In this document: positions 11,924 to 24,717 of the stretch, one piece after another | Position numbering within the stretch: the stretch's first letter is position 1 | Layout of the letters: each line of letters opens with the position of its first letter | Assembly: GCF_001194135.2 (NCBI RefSeq) | Contig: NC_068982.1 | Coordinates: 162,540,026-162,604,025, forward strand | Origin: Octopus bimaculoides | Taxonomy: Eukaryota | Length of the DNA: 64,000 bases | Direction of reading: 5' to 3' | The notes under the pieces: model-generated | Told to the model about the DNA's origin: nothing | Databases searched by the model: none | The model's input: the letters and a program-made list of their open reading frames with translations, nothing else | Program-made: the position numbers and the translations under genes

Positions 11924-13775
11924 GTGTAGGAGAATATACAAATAATAACAACAGANNNNNNNNNNAGTAGCTGCGGGCTGGACAAGCACATTAGTGAATG
12001 AAAATGAAATAAAATGGATAAATGAGAGACGAAACCCAACACCCGCCAATTGGATTTTTCTCAAAACCATATTTTCTTTTTTTTTTAAATTAATATGAGG
12101 TTTCAAACCTCTTACAAAAAGTAGGTGCTAAAACCTCTTACTTAACATGTTTTTTCTTGTTTTGTTTTTTTAAAAAAACATAATTGAGGTTTTAAACCAC
12201 TACAAATAATACAATAAGAGGTTTCAAACCTTCTAACGAGGCTTTTTCACCTCCTACTCATCGATATATTCATCAATATATCCCTCATTATCTTCAATGC
12301 CGCTTGAGTTCCCGTACCCCGCCATTTCCCATGCCTCATTCATGTACAAGGCATATGTCATGTTAGGGCCACCCGGCCATATGCGACATTCCTCTTTAAA
12401 TCTTTTGAGCTTTTCCCTCATGGAAAACCTTATGACCTCCACAGCTATCTGTGGAGGCCATTCGGGATCCCATGTGTAGGCCATATCTACTGTCTCTTTA
12501 TATTCTTCTACTATTTTTCCCACCTCCCCGCCCTTGTAGAAAAAGGTAAGTAATTCTTCATCTTCAAGGGTGGGGGTCGTTTCTTCCACCGTGGGTAGCA
12601 CAACGTCAGGACATGCAGACGGCACATCATCGTCCACCTGCAAATAAGCATGAAAAAACGAGAAAATTTGAAAATGAAAATTTCGTGTTTTCCAGTTGTT
12701 TTTTCACACTTTTAGCTAGTTTTCATTTTTGCAACAAGCACTTTTCATTTTGAAATCTAGGGGGTAAACATAGGCTAGATGATTGATGAAAACATTATAT
12801 TTATCAAAGAGTTCACCGAAGTCACAAAGTTTCTCACAAAACTCAAAGTCACAAAATTTTGCAAATAAGCATGAAAAACCGAGAAAGATGTTGAAATATA
12901 AAAAGAATTTTAATACATGCATATGATCGTTTTGAACAGTGATATTAACATGTAAATAACATGGTAGAATAATTAAAATTAATTTCATTAAATTAAATTA
13001 ATTACATATCATTGTTCTCGTCAGTGCTACAGAAGACTTGATGAAGGAAATGGCAGGTAACAAAATTCGGATATACATATTTTATCCTTATGGCAATTGA
13101 GAGAATACTAAAGAATGTTGTTGAGTCTTGTTGAGTATCAGTTATACTATGCCCCATTGGATGTACAATGTAAGTGTTCATGTGCAACAGAGTGCTAGTG
13201 TATTGAGAGAAAACTTAAACGTAAGAGGAATTAGATGCATTGTGCAAGAGATAAGGCTGTGCTAGTTTGATTATGTGATGCAGATGGGTATAGACAGCTC
13301 TATAAAGAAATATCTATCACTCAAAGTGGATAGAACTCATGGAAGAGGGAAACCCAGAAGACAAGGGATGAAATACTGCAGGACAATCTCTGGACACTGA
13401 GCCTTACAAAGGAGATGACAAAGGACTGTGATATCTGGTGCTTTGTTGTACTCAAGAAGACCCATCCTCCACAGCAGAATTATTAATGCTGCTCACTCTG
13501 CTGAAGAGGATTGGCTTGCAAGAGTTGTGTGCCAATACCACATAAAAAAGCACCCATACTAGCTCCATTATTAAAAGCACCTATGCTGGTGCCACATAAA
13601 AGCACCCAGCACACTCTGTAAAGTGGTTGGCATTGGGAATGGCATCCAGCTGTAGAAACTAAACCAAATCAGACTGGAATCTTATGCAGCTCTCCTGCTT
13701 GCCAGCTCTGGTCAAACTATCCAACCCATGCCAGCATGGAAAATGGATGTTAAATGATGATGATGATGATGATGA

Positions 13776-13815
<40 letters not shown>

Positions 13816-16167
13816 TAATATTTATCTCCCACCGCTAAAGTGATTGTTGTGTTTAGAATATGGAATACTGTGATATTTAACATGAGAGAACCTCTCATAT
13901 AGACTTGTGGTGCATAAAAGTACTCCTACAGATATTGCTGGTGAGCGATAGCCATCTGTTATGGCCACTGGTTCTACCAGATAGCATGATTTCAACGTTC
14001 CTTGACCTTGTCTAGACACAGAAATCACTTCCCCTATCAGCAATAAATAAATGTTTTATGCACCACAAGTCCATATAAGAGGTTCTTTCATGATAAATAA
14101 CACAAAATTCAGTGTTCTAACACAATATCCACTTTGGTGGGATATATATGTATATATATATATAGAGAGAGAGACAGAGAGACAGAGAGAGAAATATATA
14201 TGATGATATGCTGTTTGGATTTGTGCTAGAGAAATGTACTATAGATGCCTTGTTCCTAATAAGACAACTGAAGAAGTACTTGGCTGAAAGTAAGCCATCA
14301 TGCTTGGCATTCATTGATCTGAAGAAAGCCTTTGACAGAGCTCTCATTCTATGATCTGGTTGTCACTGAGGAATCTAGGTGTAGGTAGATGGCTTGTGAG
14401 AACCATGTAAACCATTAGCAGAGGTGCTGTCAGTAAGCTAGATTAACAATGAGTATAACACCAAAATTAATGTGCAGCTAAGAGTTCATCAGAGTTTGGT
14501 TCTCAGTATCCTCCTATTCAACATAGTCCTTCAGGTCATAAGAGGGGAGTTTGAGTGTGATTCTCTATGGTAATAGCTATGTGCTAATAACCTCATTATC
14601 TTATAATCTGTTGTAGAATGAGAAAAAAGTTTCCGTTGTGGAAGCAAAACCTGGAATCCAAAGGCCTCAAAGTTAAATTAGAATAGACCAAAGTTTTAGT
14701 TCATTAGAAAACAATCAAGACATTGCTTTCATCAGAGAAATGGCTTTGCTCAATATGCAAAAAAAAAGTTGGTAGCAATTTTATATCATATGCCTAAGCA
14801 AACTGTGGACATGCAAGAATCGCTATAGAATTACAGGAAGGTTAACAGAGAAAGTAGACTTGTAAGTGACAGATGTGCAGGAGCAATAAACACTAAGAAC
14901 ACACAGGATATAGATTTTCTCAAATGCCCAAGAGGATCAGTTTTCTACAATCTGAAATGCACATTGCTCCAGATTTGTGCAGAAAAGTGATATACAGATA
15001 ATTTTCTGAATGTAGGGTGTGGACATTTTTATTCCATATTTGCTTTTTCTGCAAGAATGTATGCAACAATCTATTTCGTGCATGTTATCATCATCATTGT
15101 CATCATCATCGTTTTCTTCTTCTTTGTCATCGTCATTGTTGTCATCATCATCATCATTGTAATGTTTACTTTTCTATTCTTATATAGGCCAAATGAGACT
15201 TTATTGAGGCAGAATATTCAGTAATCGGATACTTTTCCTATAAATTTTAAAAAGCACCTCCTCTACCCTCACTCTTATTGATGGGGGTAAATTTCAGGTC
15301 AATGTCACTGTATGACAGATGCAAACCTGAGTGCACACACACACACACACAATATTATTTTAGTAATACAGGAATCCCCCCCTCTCTCTCTCTCTTTCTT
15401 ACTCTCTCAAATTCTTGCTTTGCTGTTTTGCTTGTCCACATTTGTTATAGATGTTGATGATAATAATGAAAGATGATGATGAAAGAATAAAGTAGAATAA
15501 CAAGTAAATGTTCAAATATACATATGCTTGTGTCTATTTATAAATTTATCTCAATTAAGTGTCCAGATGATTTAAGCATTAGCATTTTCACACAGGTAAA
15601 TTTCATTATACACTTTTATTGGTGTCTTTTTTCCAACATTGTCACTTTACCTGCAGCACTGCATGTAGTAATGTTTGACAAGCGTCCATGAACAAATAGA
15701 TCAGTTGGGAAGAGCAGACTTTCCTCATTCAGTAGTGGCATTTACTGTCTGTCATTGCAAAAGATTTTGGTATATTTATAGAAATGTTGTAATTTCTGTG
15801 TGCTAAATAAATGTAGTACATGTGGATCTTTTATACATACACACATATATATATATATAATATATGTATACACACACACATACACATACACAATAGACTT
15901 CTTTCTGTTTCCATCAACCAAATTAATTCACAAGGCTTTAGTCAATCCAGAGCTATAGTAGAAGACATTTACATGTGGTGTCATGCAGCCACGCACACAC
16001 AAACATCCACAAACACACACACACACACATGTATAAATGCATGTTTACATACATAGATCTATACATACATGCATACATTCATATATACCTACATGCATAC
16101 ATTTCAACCATGTGAATTTCCTGGAACAGACGTATGCACACATCCACATATATGGAAAGCATGTGCT

Positions 16168-16211
<44 letters not shown>

Positions 16212-18021
16212 CACACTCACACACACACACAGCGAAGCACAAATATGTATACTAAAGTGTAAAAAGTGTGAAGCACAATCCGTAAGCACAAGGATGCATA
16301 TATACACACACATCAACCAATGCAGAAGGCCACAAACCTCCAACACCTGTGCTAACTGAAATAAAAAAAGACTTGCCACTTATTAATGGCCAGCTTGAAT
16401 TCTCCAAAGCCAGTTCCCTTCAAGACCCAACTAAGCAACTACAGATCCTCCTATAAGATCCAAGGAAAGCAAAACATTACAATGTTAGTAAGACATAGAT
16501 GGTTGTTGACGAAAAAGACTTTGTTACGTGAGATCAACTAGAGGTTGCTTGAAAACTGCCAACCATATTTTAGCAGCAACAGAAGGCACTAAGAAGTGGA
16601 TGATTCTTTTTTTGGTCTCTATTCTTATGAGTGTAAATATAATTTTAATGAACTGGTTGAGCCCCCAACTAGTATCAAAAGACTGAAGTTTCCCTTTTAT
16701 GAGTTTTATTCTCATATTACATACCCAGACTTTTCATTTTCATCCCCCATATCATAGTCCCCTATTTGCCTCTGTTTCCTTCCTTTCATCTTCCTGCATA
16801 TATATCGCCTACTCTCATTACCCCTTCAGTCTAATGTGCACATGCATACACTACCTCAAGTTACACTGGAGGTGGAGGATAAGTATAAGAATAATTTCCT
16901 TAGCTTTAGCTTTTGTTCTGGTTATGCTAAAGCCTAGCAGTTTGTTTTTATTATAGGCCTTCAACCAACCATTTGTAAATATTTTCATTTTCAGTCAAAA
17001 TGAGCCCTTGCTATTCTATTCTGGTCAACCATATCTAACAATTGTTTAACCCTTTAGCATTCAAACTGGCCATATCCAGCCCAAATATTCTTCCTGCTTT
17101 ATGTTCAAACCAGCCAGATTTGACCTCTTGTACCTGCCTTACAATGTCATTCTAAAAATAAGCAATCACATCACCCAGATTTCAAAACAATGTGAATAAA
17201 TAAGCATTACATTTGACAATGTAATCTGAATGCTAAAGGGTTAATTATGTCTTTTGGATGGATTATTAGACAAAGTGAGTGAATGAATGAGTGAGTGAGT
17301 GAGTGGGTCAGTCGGTCGGTCGGTTAGTCAGTGAGTCTGTCCATCCATCCATTTGTCTATTTGTTTCCAAACTAGAACATTGTCCAGCAAGCTTCAGTAT
17401 GTGTCCTGCAAGATACAAAAGTGTACCTGTTAAGATACAGCAGTTTGACTGCCAAGATACAAACAAAATACAGTTGTTCTCCAAGCTACAACAGTCTCTC
17501 TTCCAAACTACAGTCGGCTGTACTCCAAGCTACACTAATCTGTCCTCTGAGACATAACAGCCTACTTACTGCAACCAGTGCTCTGAGTTACAACATTTTG
17601 TCCTCCAAGTTTCAGTAGTCTCCCCACCTGTTCCCAGCTACAACAGTTAGTTTTCTAAGCTACAATAGTTTATCTTGTAATCTCCAGTAGGTCTCTTCCT
17701 TCCTCTAATATAAAATAATGTAACCTTTTTACTACATTTTTTCTTTTGTGTGATTCAATTTTTTAAAAGTATTATTGATATTTTTTTCATGTATTTATTG
17801 AGTGTATTTGATATTCATAACTTTTTGGCATTCAACTTTTCTATTTTTCACATTGTTTATGAAATGTGAATGTGTGGTAAGAGGTTTACTTCCCAACCTT
17901 CTGATTCTGGATTCAGTCCCACTGCTTGATACCTTGGGCAAGTGTCTTCTACTGTAGCTTCAGGTCAACCAAATCCTTGGGAGTGTATTTGGTAGATGAG
18001 AACTGAAAGATGCTCATTGTA

Positions 18022-18073
<52 letters not shown>

Positions 18074-21000
18074 TGTCTGAATGGCTCCAGTGCCTGTGGC
18101 ACATAAAAAGCACCATTCGAGCATAGTTGATGCCAGTGCCACCTGACTGGCACCTATGCCAGTGGCACGTAAAAAGCACCCACTACACTCTTGGAGTTGT
18201 TGGTATTAGGAAGGGCACCCAGCTACAGAAACCTTGCCAGATCAGATTGGAGCCTGGTGCAGCTTCCCGGTTTGCCAGTCCTCATTCAAACTGTCCATCA
18301 CATGCCAGCATGGAAAGCAGACGTTAAACGATGATGATGATGATGTGTGTTTGTGCTTGTCACCTACCACTGCTTGACAACTAGTATTGATGTGTTTAAC
18401 CATTTGGTAAAGAAAGATACTGATAAAATAAGTGCCTGACTTTAAAAGAAAAAGTACTGGTGTTGATTTGTTCAGCTAAACCCTTCAAGGCCGTGCCCCG
18501 GCATGGCTACAGCTTAATGACTAAAACAAGTAGAAGATAGATAAATGTTAAAAAGAAAATCTTTAATGTTTAGCAATGTAGTTTATCTGTTGATAAAAAC
18601 TATGATGATGAATTTACTGAGGATATATTGACTCATAATACATATACCTTGTGATAAAATTCCCAGGTTATGAAATTCCACTGCTTTTGCTGCAATGTAC
18701 CACACTCCAGTAAAAGCATAGATTTCACATTGTTGCTGAAGTAGTGGTAGAAAATATTTAAGGATTGAATCCATATCATTGTGACTCTGAAGTAAATTTT
18801 TTAGTCATATAATCATGCTTGGGCTCCGATTAAACACTCTCTCTGTATTGTAATCGGTAAGGCAGTCATGTCATAAGCAATAGATATGTGATTCAAATTC
18901 TGTCAGTGGGTCTATATCTCTTCTCTGTGCTTCTAATATCTATTATAACACGCTACAAAATAAACTTGCTTGCATATGAGCCTCTACATGGTTGCTGGCT
19001 TTTGTTAGTAATACAGGATACGATCATTATGACTTGAACGCTTCTCATCATAGGTCTAATTCTGTTGTTGTTGTTTAGTAACCATAACCTATCTGTATAA
19101 TTGTATTAAATGACTAATTGCAAAAAGATTAATTAACTAGTAATTGTGTTTTCTTTCAGACCGAGTTGGAGGTCGAACTTACAGTATACCAATGAAAGTA
19201 TCAGATGGCCAAGAAGATAATTTTGATCTTGGTGGGGAGTGGGTAGGTAGGTGAGTGACACATTTTTTTAATCTTATCAACTATTTCTCATTTATCAACA
19301 TGACATATATAGACACAGATGTAACTGCATGGTAAGAAGTTTCTTCCCAGCTACATGGTTTCAAGTTCAATCCCACTGTATGGTATTTTGGGCAAGTGTC
19401 TTCTACTATTGCCCTGAGCCAACCAAAGCTTTGGGAATGGATTTGGTAGATGGAAACTGAAAGAATCCTAGCCTATTAGTGTGTGTGTAAGAATAGCCTG
19501 GGCAAAGTTCAGAGAGCTCTTACCTCTGCTGGCAACAAAGGGCCTCTCATTCAGAGTAAAAGGCAGACTGTATGACACATGTGTACGAACAGCCATGCTA
19601 CAGGGGCTGTGACTGCTGAGGACATGTGTAAGCTCGCAAGGAATGAAGCCAGTATGCTCCGATGGATGAGTAATGTCAGTATGCATACCTGACAGAATGT
19701 AAGTATCTTGAGAGGAAAGTTGAACCTAAGAAGCATCAGTTGTGGTGTGCAAGAGAGATGATTGCGCTGGTATGGACATGTGGCGAGAATGGATGAGGAC
19801 AGCTGTGTGAAAAAGTGTCACACCCTAGCAGTAGAGGTTACCTGTGAAAGGGGTAGACCCAGGAAGACTTGGGATGAGGTGGTGAAACATGACCTTCAAA
19901 CGTTGGGCCTCACGGAGACAATGACAAGTGATTGAGACCTTTGGAGATATGCAGTGCTTGAGAAGACCCTGCAAGCCAAGTGAGACCATTACCATGGCCT
20001 ATGTCAGTNNNNNNNNNNAGAAGACCCTGCAAGCCAAGTGAGACCATTACCATGGCCTATGTCAGGGCAACATAACCAGCCCATCTAAGAGTACCCTTCA
20101 ATCATTGGGCAATAAACTGCGCTTGCGAAGTCCTGTTGAGTCAAGTGAAGTCATTGTCATGGCCAATGACAGTACCGCCTGATTGGCACCTGTACCAGTG
20201 GCACATAAAAAGCACCATTCGAGCATTGTCGATGCCAGTGCCACATTAAAGTCTCTACAAGTGATGAAGTGTCAGTTTTACAGAGTACTTCTAGTAATCT
20301 GGGCATCTGAAATATCTATTGTGTCAAAGCAGCCATTAAGACATCAGCATCAACTGCTTCACTGAATGCAAAAGTCTCCAAACTTAATGATCCAATGTTT
20401 TTTGGTGACCAACATTTTCGAGGCCATTTTGTTCACATTATCTCTAACAAATAAAAAAAACACCCTTTAAAGTTTCTTCCTCTAAACTGACATAATTGGT
20501 TTTAGAATAGAGGATAATATTCAGATCTGAAGGCTTTCTTGACAATGGAAATGATAGGGTCCTTTTCTTTGATTCAAGTTTTGTTAGTACTATTTTAGCT
20601 TCAAACAGTATCCTTACTTTAGAGTATTTTCCCATGTTGCTCATTCTAGAACATTAAAAGATATATTTGGACAAGTCTGCATAGATAACCCACTTGCAAG
20701 ACTTACTATTTCAGGTTTCTCATCTTCACTTAACTCATCATTCAAACAGAAAATACAGTCATTCTTCTGGTATAATACCAGAAGAATGATTCTTTCCTAA
20801 CCCAGTAACTCCTTACTGACCCAGTGGATTCCTACTGACCCAGTGACTCACTACAGAATCAATGACTCTCTACAGACCTAGTGATTTACTACTAACCAGT
20901 GACTTACAACTGATGCTCTGAACCCACAACTGATATCTACAGTGACGCACTATTAACCAGTATTTCACTATCTACTCAATAGTCGCTGTTGTCTTTTTCA

Positions 21001-24000
21001 GGCCACAGCCCCATCTCCATTACATGCTGCGCCAGTTTGAAAGAGAAACATTCAATCCACAAATAAATTCCACAAATCCGAGTGGAAGTTTACCTCCAAT
21101 GTCATTTTTCACTAAGCTTGATCTATTCTTATTCATTCTGAAGGTAAGTTTTCATATGCTTCTGCATTGCATTCATTCTCTTGTTTATCAAAATTATGTT
21201 CAGGAAAAAGAGGATAATAATTTTTTCATGTATTTGCCACAAATTTTACGAAACAGATTGCAAAGAGATTACAAGTTGTGTAGAGGTGAGTGAAAAGGAT
21301 CATATTTTAGGCATTAAAAAACTGATAAATTTACTATGGTGAACTCCTGTGCATGTGTATGCGTGTATTCTCTCTCCTACTAAAGTGTAGGAGGAAGGGA
21401 GTCAGAAGAAAGAGAAGTAGCATCAGAAAGGAAAGGAAGTGTGAAACAAGTAGTCATACTAGGTGGGATTTGGTGAAAGTTTGAGCATAGAGAAGAGAGA
21501 GAGAGAGAGAGAGATGCGACAACGAAAAGAATGTAGCAATAAAATGGGATGAGGTTTATCAGGACCTATATCACATTTATACTCACCATCTGCCCATACT
21601 GTTCAGTAAAGATAGTAGCAAGCCATTGATCAATATCTCCACCAGTATCTTTGGCCTTTCACTCTTACAACATTGTGGTATCAACCCTGTGAGTTACACA
21701 AGCTTCATTTGTGAACTCACATCTTCATTTTAAAGACCAGAAACACTTCCATATGATCTGCTTCAGTTTATGGAATATACATTGCATCTTTCATTGAAGT
21801 GGTTACTGGTGTTAACCACTTCTATTTTTAATGTCACCATGACAGTTACACCATCTGTGTAAAAGCAGTTACAGGTTTTCTGTGTCCCAGTTCAAGTGGG
21901 ATCCTCTCTCAACATCTTCAGCTTCTGTAGCTGATAGGTGGCCATTTAATTTGACCACCAAATAGATGCTGCTGTATATTGCTATGATCTGGTCTCTGAA
22001 GACAGGTGAAACTAGATATACTTAGTTGACACTTAATTGACACTGATCTTAACTGATCAAATCCCCACTGAAATAAGATCTAGAAATGACTTGAAGCCAG
22101 AATTAGTACTTAACCAGCTGTACAATGTATCACATGAGGTGGAGATTGTCATAGAAAGTTCCACTAGGAATTACACAAATTCATGCATCTCCAACTATAT
22201 CACTGATGATGAGTTCCAACCCTCTTGGTGAACACCTTTGCAAAAAATCTTGAATTCTCTGTTGAGCAGATTTTAGGCCTGATGTTGTCTATTACGTTCC
22301 CCTTGTTTGGGTCCTTCCTCAGCTCATACAACTTGGAATGTGCCCAGTTTGCTGCCAGTTGCTATAGACAGTAGCCAAGACAATACAAAATATGTCTGGT
22401 ATGTATCAATAGAGTTTGTAGCACAAACAATCTAGTTCTAGCAATTTTCCAATTGCACAGCTATTCAACATGTTTGAATAGCTGTGCAATCATCTACTGA
22501 AATCAGTTTTTCCAACACTTTGTGTCTTCAACCAAGAGTTACAGCAGACCTGCAAGATAGGCAAAAAGTTCACCAGCTTCAGTCCATCACTTCTTGTGAA
22601 CATTCATCAAAATACTGTTGAAAAATTGTACATGTCTGCTTGGAATCTGACAGCATGTGTATGCTGCAGTCTGCAAAAAATAAAGAATGGCTTATTGTCA
22701 TGCTGTATCTCTGTCACCCGGCATAATAAGTGCAGTGAAAGTATGCAATCATCATCATCATCATCATCGTTTAACGTCCGCTTTCCATGCTAGCATGGGT
22801 TGGACGATTTGACTGAGGACTGGTGAAACCGGATGGCAACACCAGGCTCCAGTCTGATTTGGCAGAGTTTCTACAGCTGGATGCCCTTCCTAATGCCAAC
22901 CACTCAGAGAGTGTAGTGGGTGCTTTTACGTGTCACCCGCACAAAAACGGCCACGCTCGAAATGGTGTCTTTTATGTGCCACCCGCACAAGCCAGTCCAG
23001 GGGCACTGGCAACGATCTCGCTCGAAAATCCTACGGGAGCCAGTCAGGCGGTACTGGCAACGGCCACGCTCAAAATGGTGCATCTCATGTGCCNNNNNNN
23101 NNNAGCTGGATGCCCTTCCTAATGCCAACCACTCAGAGAGTGTAGTGGGTGCTTTTACGTGTCACCCGCACAAAAACGGCCACGCTCGAAATGGTGTCTT
23201 TTATGTGCCACCCGCACAAGCCAGTCCAGGGGCACTGGCAACGATCTTACTTGGCTTGCCGGGTCTTCTCACGCACAGCACATTTCCAAAGGTCTCGGTC
23301 AGTAGTCATCGCCTCGGTGAGGCCCAATGTACGAAGGTCTTGCCTCACCACCTCAGCCCAGGTCTTCCTGGGCCTACCTCTTCCACGGGTTCCCTCAACT
23401 GTTAGGGTGTGGCACTTTTTCACGCAGCTATCCTCATCCATTCTCACCACATGTCCATACCAGCGCAATCGTCTCTCTTGCACGCCACAACTGATGCTTC
23501 TAATGTTCAGCTTTTCTCTCAGGATACTTACACTCTGACGGGTATTCACATTGACATTACACATCCAATGAAAAAACTATTCTAATAATAATAAGAAGAA
23601 GAATAATAATGTTGTATTTCTTAAATTGAAATGTTTCAGTTAAGATATCTGAGAAATAAATTCCAAAGTGAGGAAGAATTGCAGAATTTAGTGGAAGCTC
23701 AAGAGAGTGATGGCATTACATTTCACAAATATATGAAAGCAAATTTATGGACAAAAGGTTTGTTACAATTTGTTTTACTGAAAAACTATATAACACACCT
23801 TAGAGCTTCACTCAAAAACTGTAGAGGGAGATTCTCCATATCAGCCAAATTCCCTCTAATCATACCCTATTGTCTTAGAATGGGAAGAACACATTGGACT
23901 ACGAGGTATTTATACATTTTTGTGTTTAAAAACCGGATAGCGAACCGGATGGCTGCACCAGGCTCCAATCTGATCTGGCAGAGTTTCTACAGCTGGATGC

Positions 24001-24686
24001 CTTTCCTAATGCCAACCACTTCGAGAGTGTTGTGGGTGCTTTTACGTGCCACCGGCACATCACTGGTAAATCGTAAATCCAAAAGAGAAGCACACTCTAA
24101 ATTATAGAGCAGTGGAGTAATTAAATAAAGATAGTTGTGACTGGTCTATGGGGTTTCCCTGGGTCTCATGTCCATAAAGCACTTAGCTTTATGGTGTTTC
24201 TTCAGACCTGAATGGCCTGTGACTGATTGTTGTTTATTGTTAGAAACACATATCTTCCTCAGGAAGTTATATCCTTGAATTGTTTTATAATAAAGCCAGA
24301 AATTGTTTTAATATCTTTTAAGAACTGATAAAATAAGTACTAATTAAGCACTTGGGTCAATGTAATCTCCCAAAATTTTTCAGACCTTGGGCCCTATAGT
24401 TGAAAGGATTATTATTTTATATGACTTGAAAAATTTGCGTACTTAGAAGCAGGAAATAATTAGATATAGACATTAATGTGTGTAAGTAGATGTCAGTGTG
24501 TGTTTGTGTGCTTGTATGCATATATGTGTAGACATGTGTGTGTGAGTGGATATTTGTGTGTGTATGAGTGTTTGTGTATTAGAGTTTTAGTTATTCTATA
24601 TGTATCTGTGTTGCTTGTCTTTCACTTTTTATAGCTGGCTTTGTGTGTATGTGTGTGTGTGTCCATGTATGTATATGTGTATATAC

Positions 24687-24717
<31 letters not shown>

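Noticed and set aside
16037-16379. His/Thr- or Cys/Val-rich ORFs (metallothionein-like appearance)
   Set aside because: They are translations of (CA)n/(TG)n microsatellites; the same applies at 24591-24848, 53349-53632 and 54356-54610
19960-20066. 47-bp direct repeat agaagaccctgcaagccaagtgagaccattaccatggcctatgtcag
   Set aside because: Identical copies flank a short N gap; most likely an assembly artefact, and not CRISPR-like
22872-23250. Apparent tandem duplication of about 140 bp within the RTE 3'UTR
   Set aside because: Identical sequence on both sides of a 10-N gap is typical of a scaffolding overlap artefact
23631-24107. 158-aa ORF
   Set aside because: Only 23640-23757 is MAO exon 4; the remainder is intron read-through into an RTE fragment
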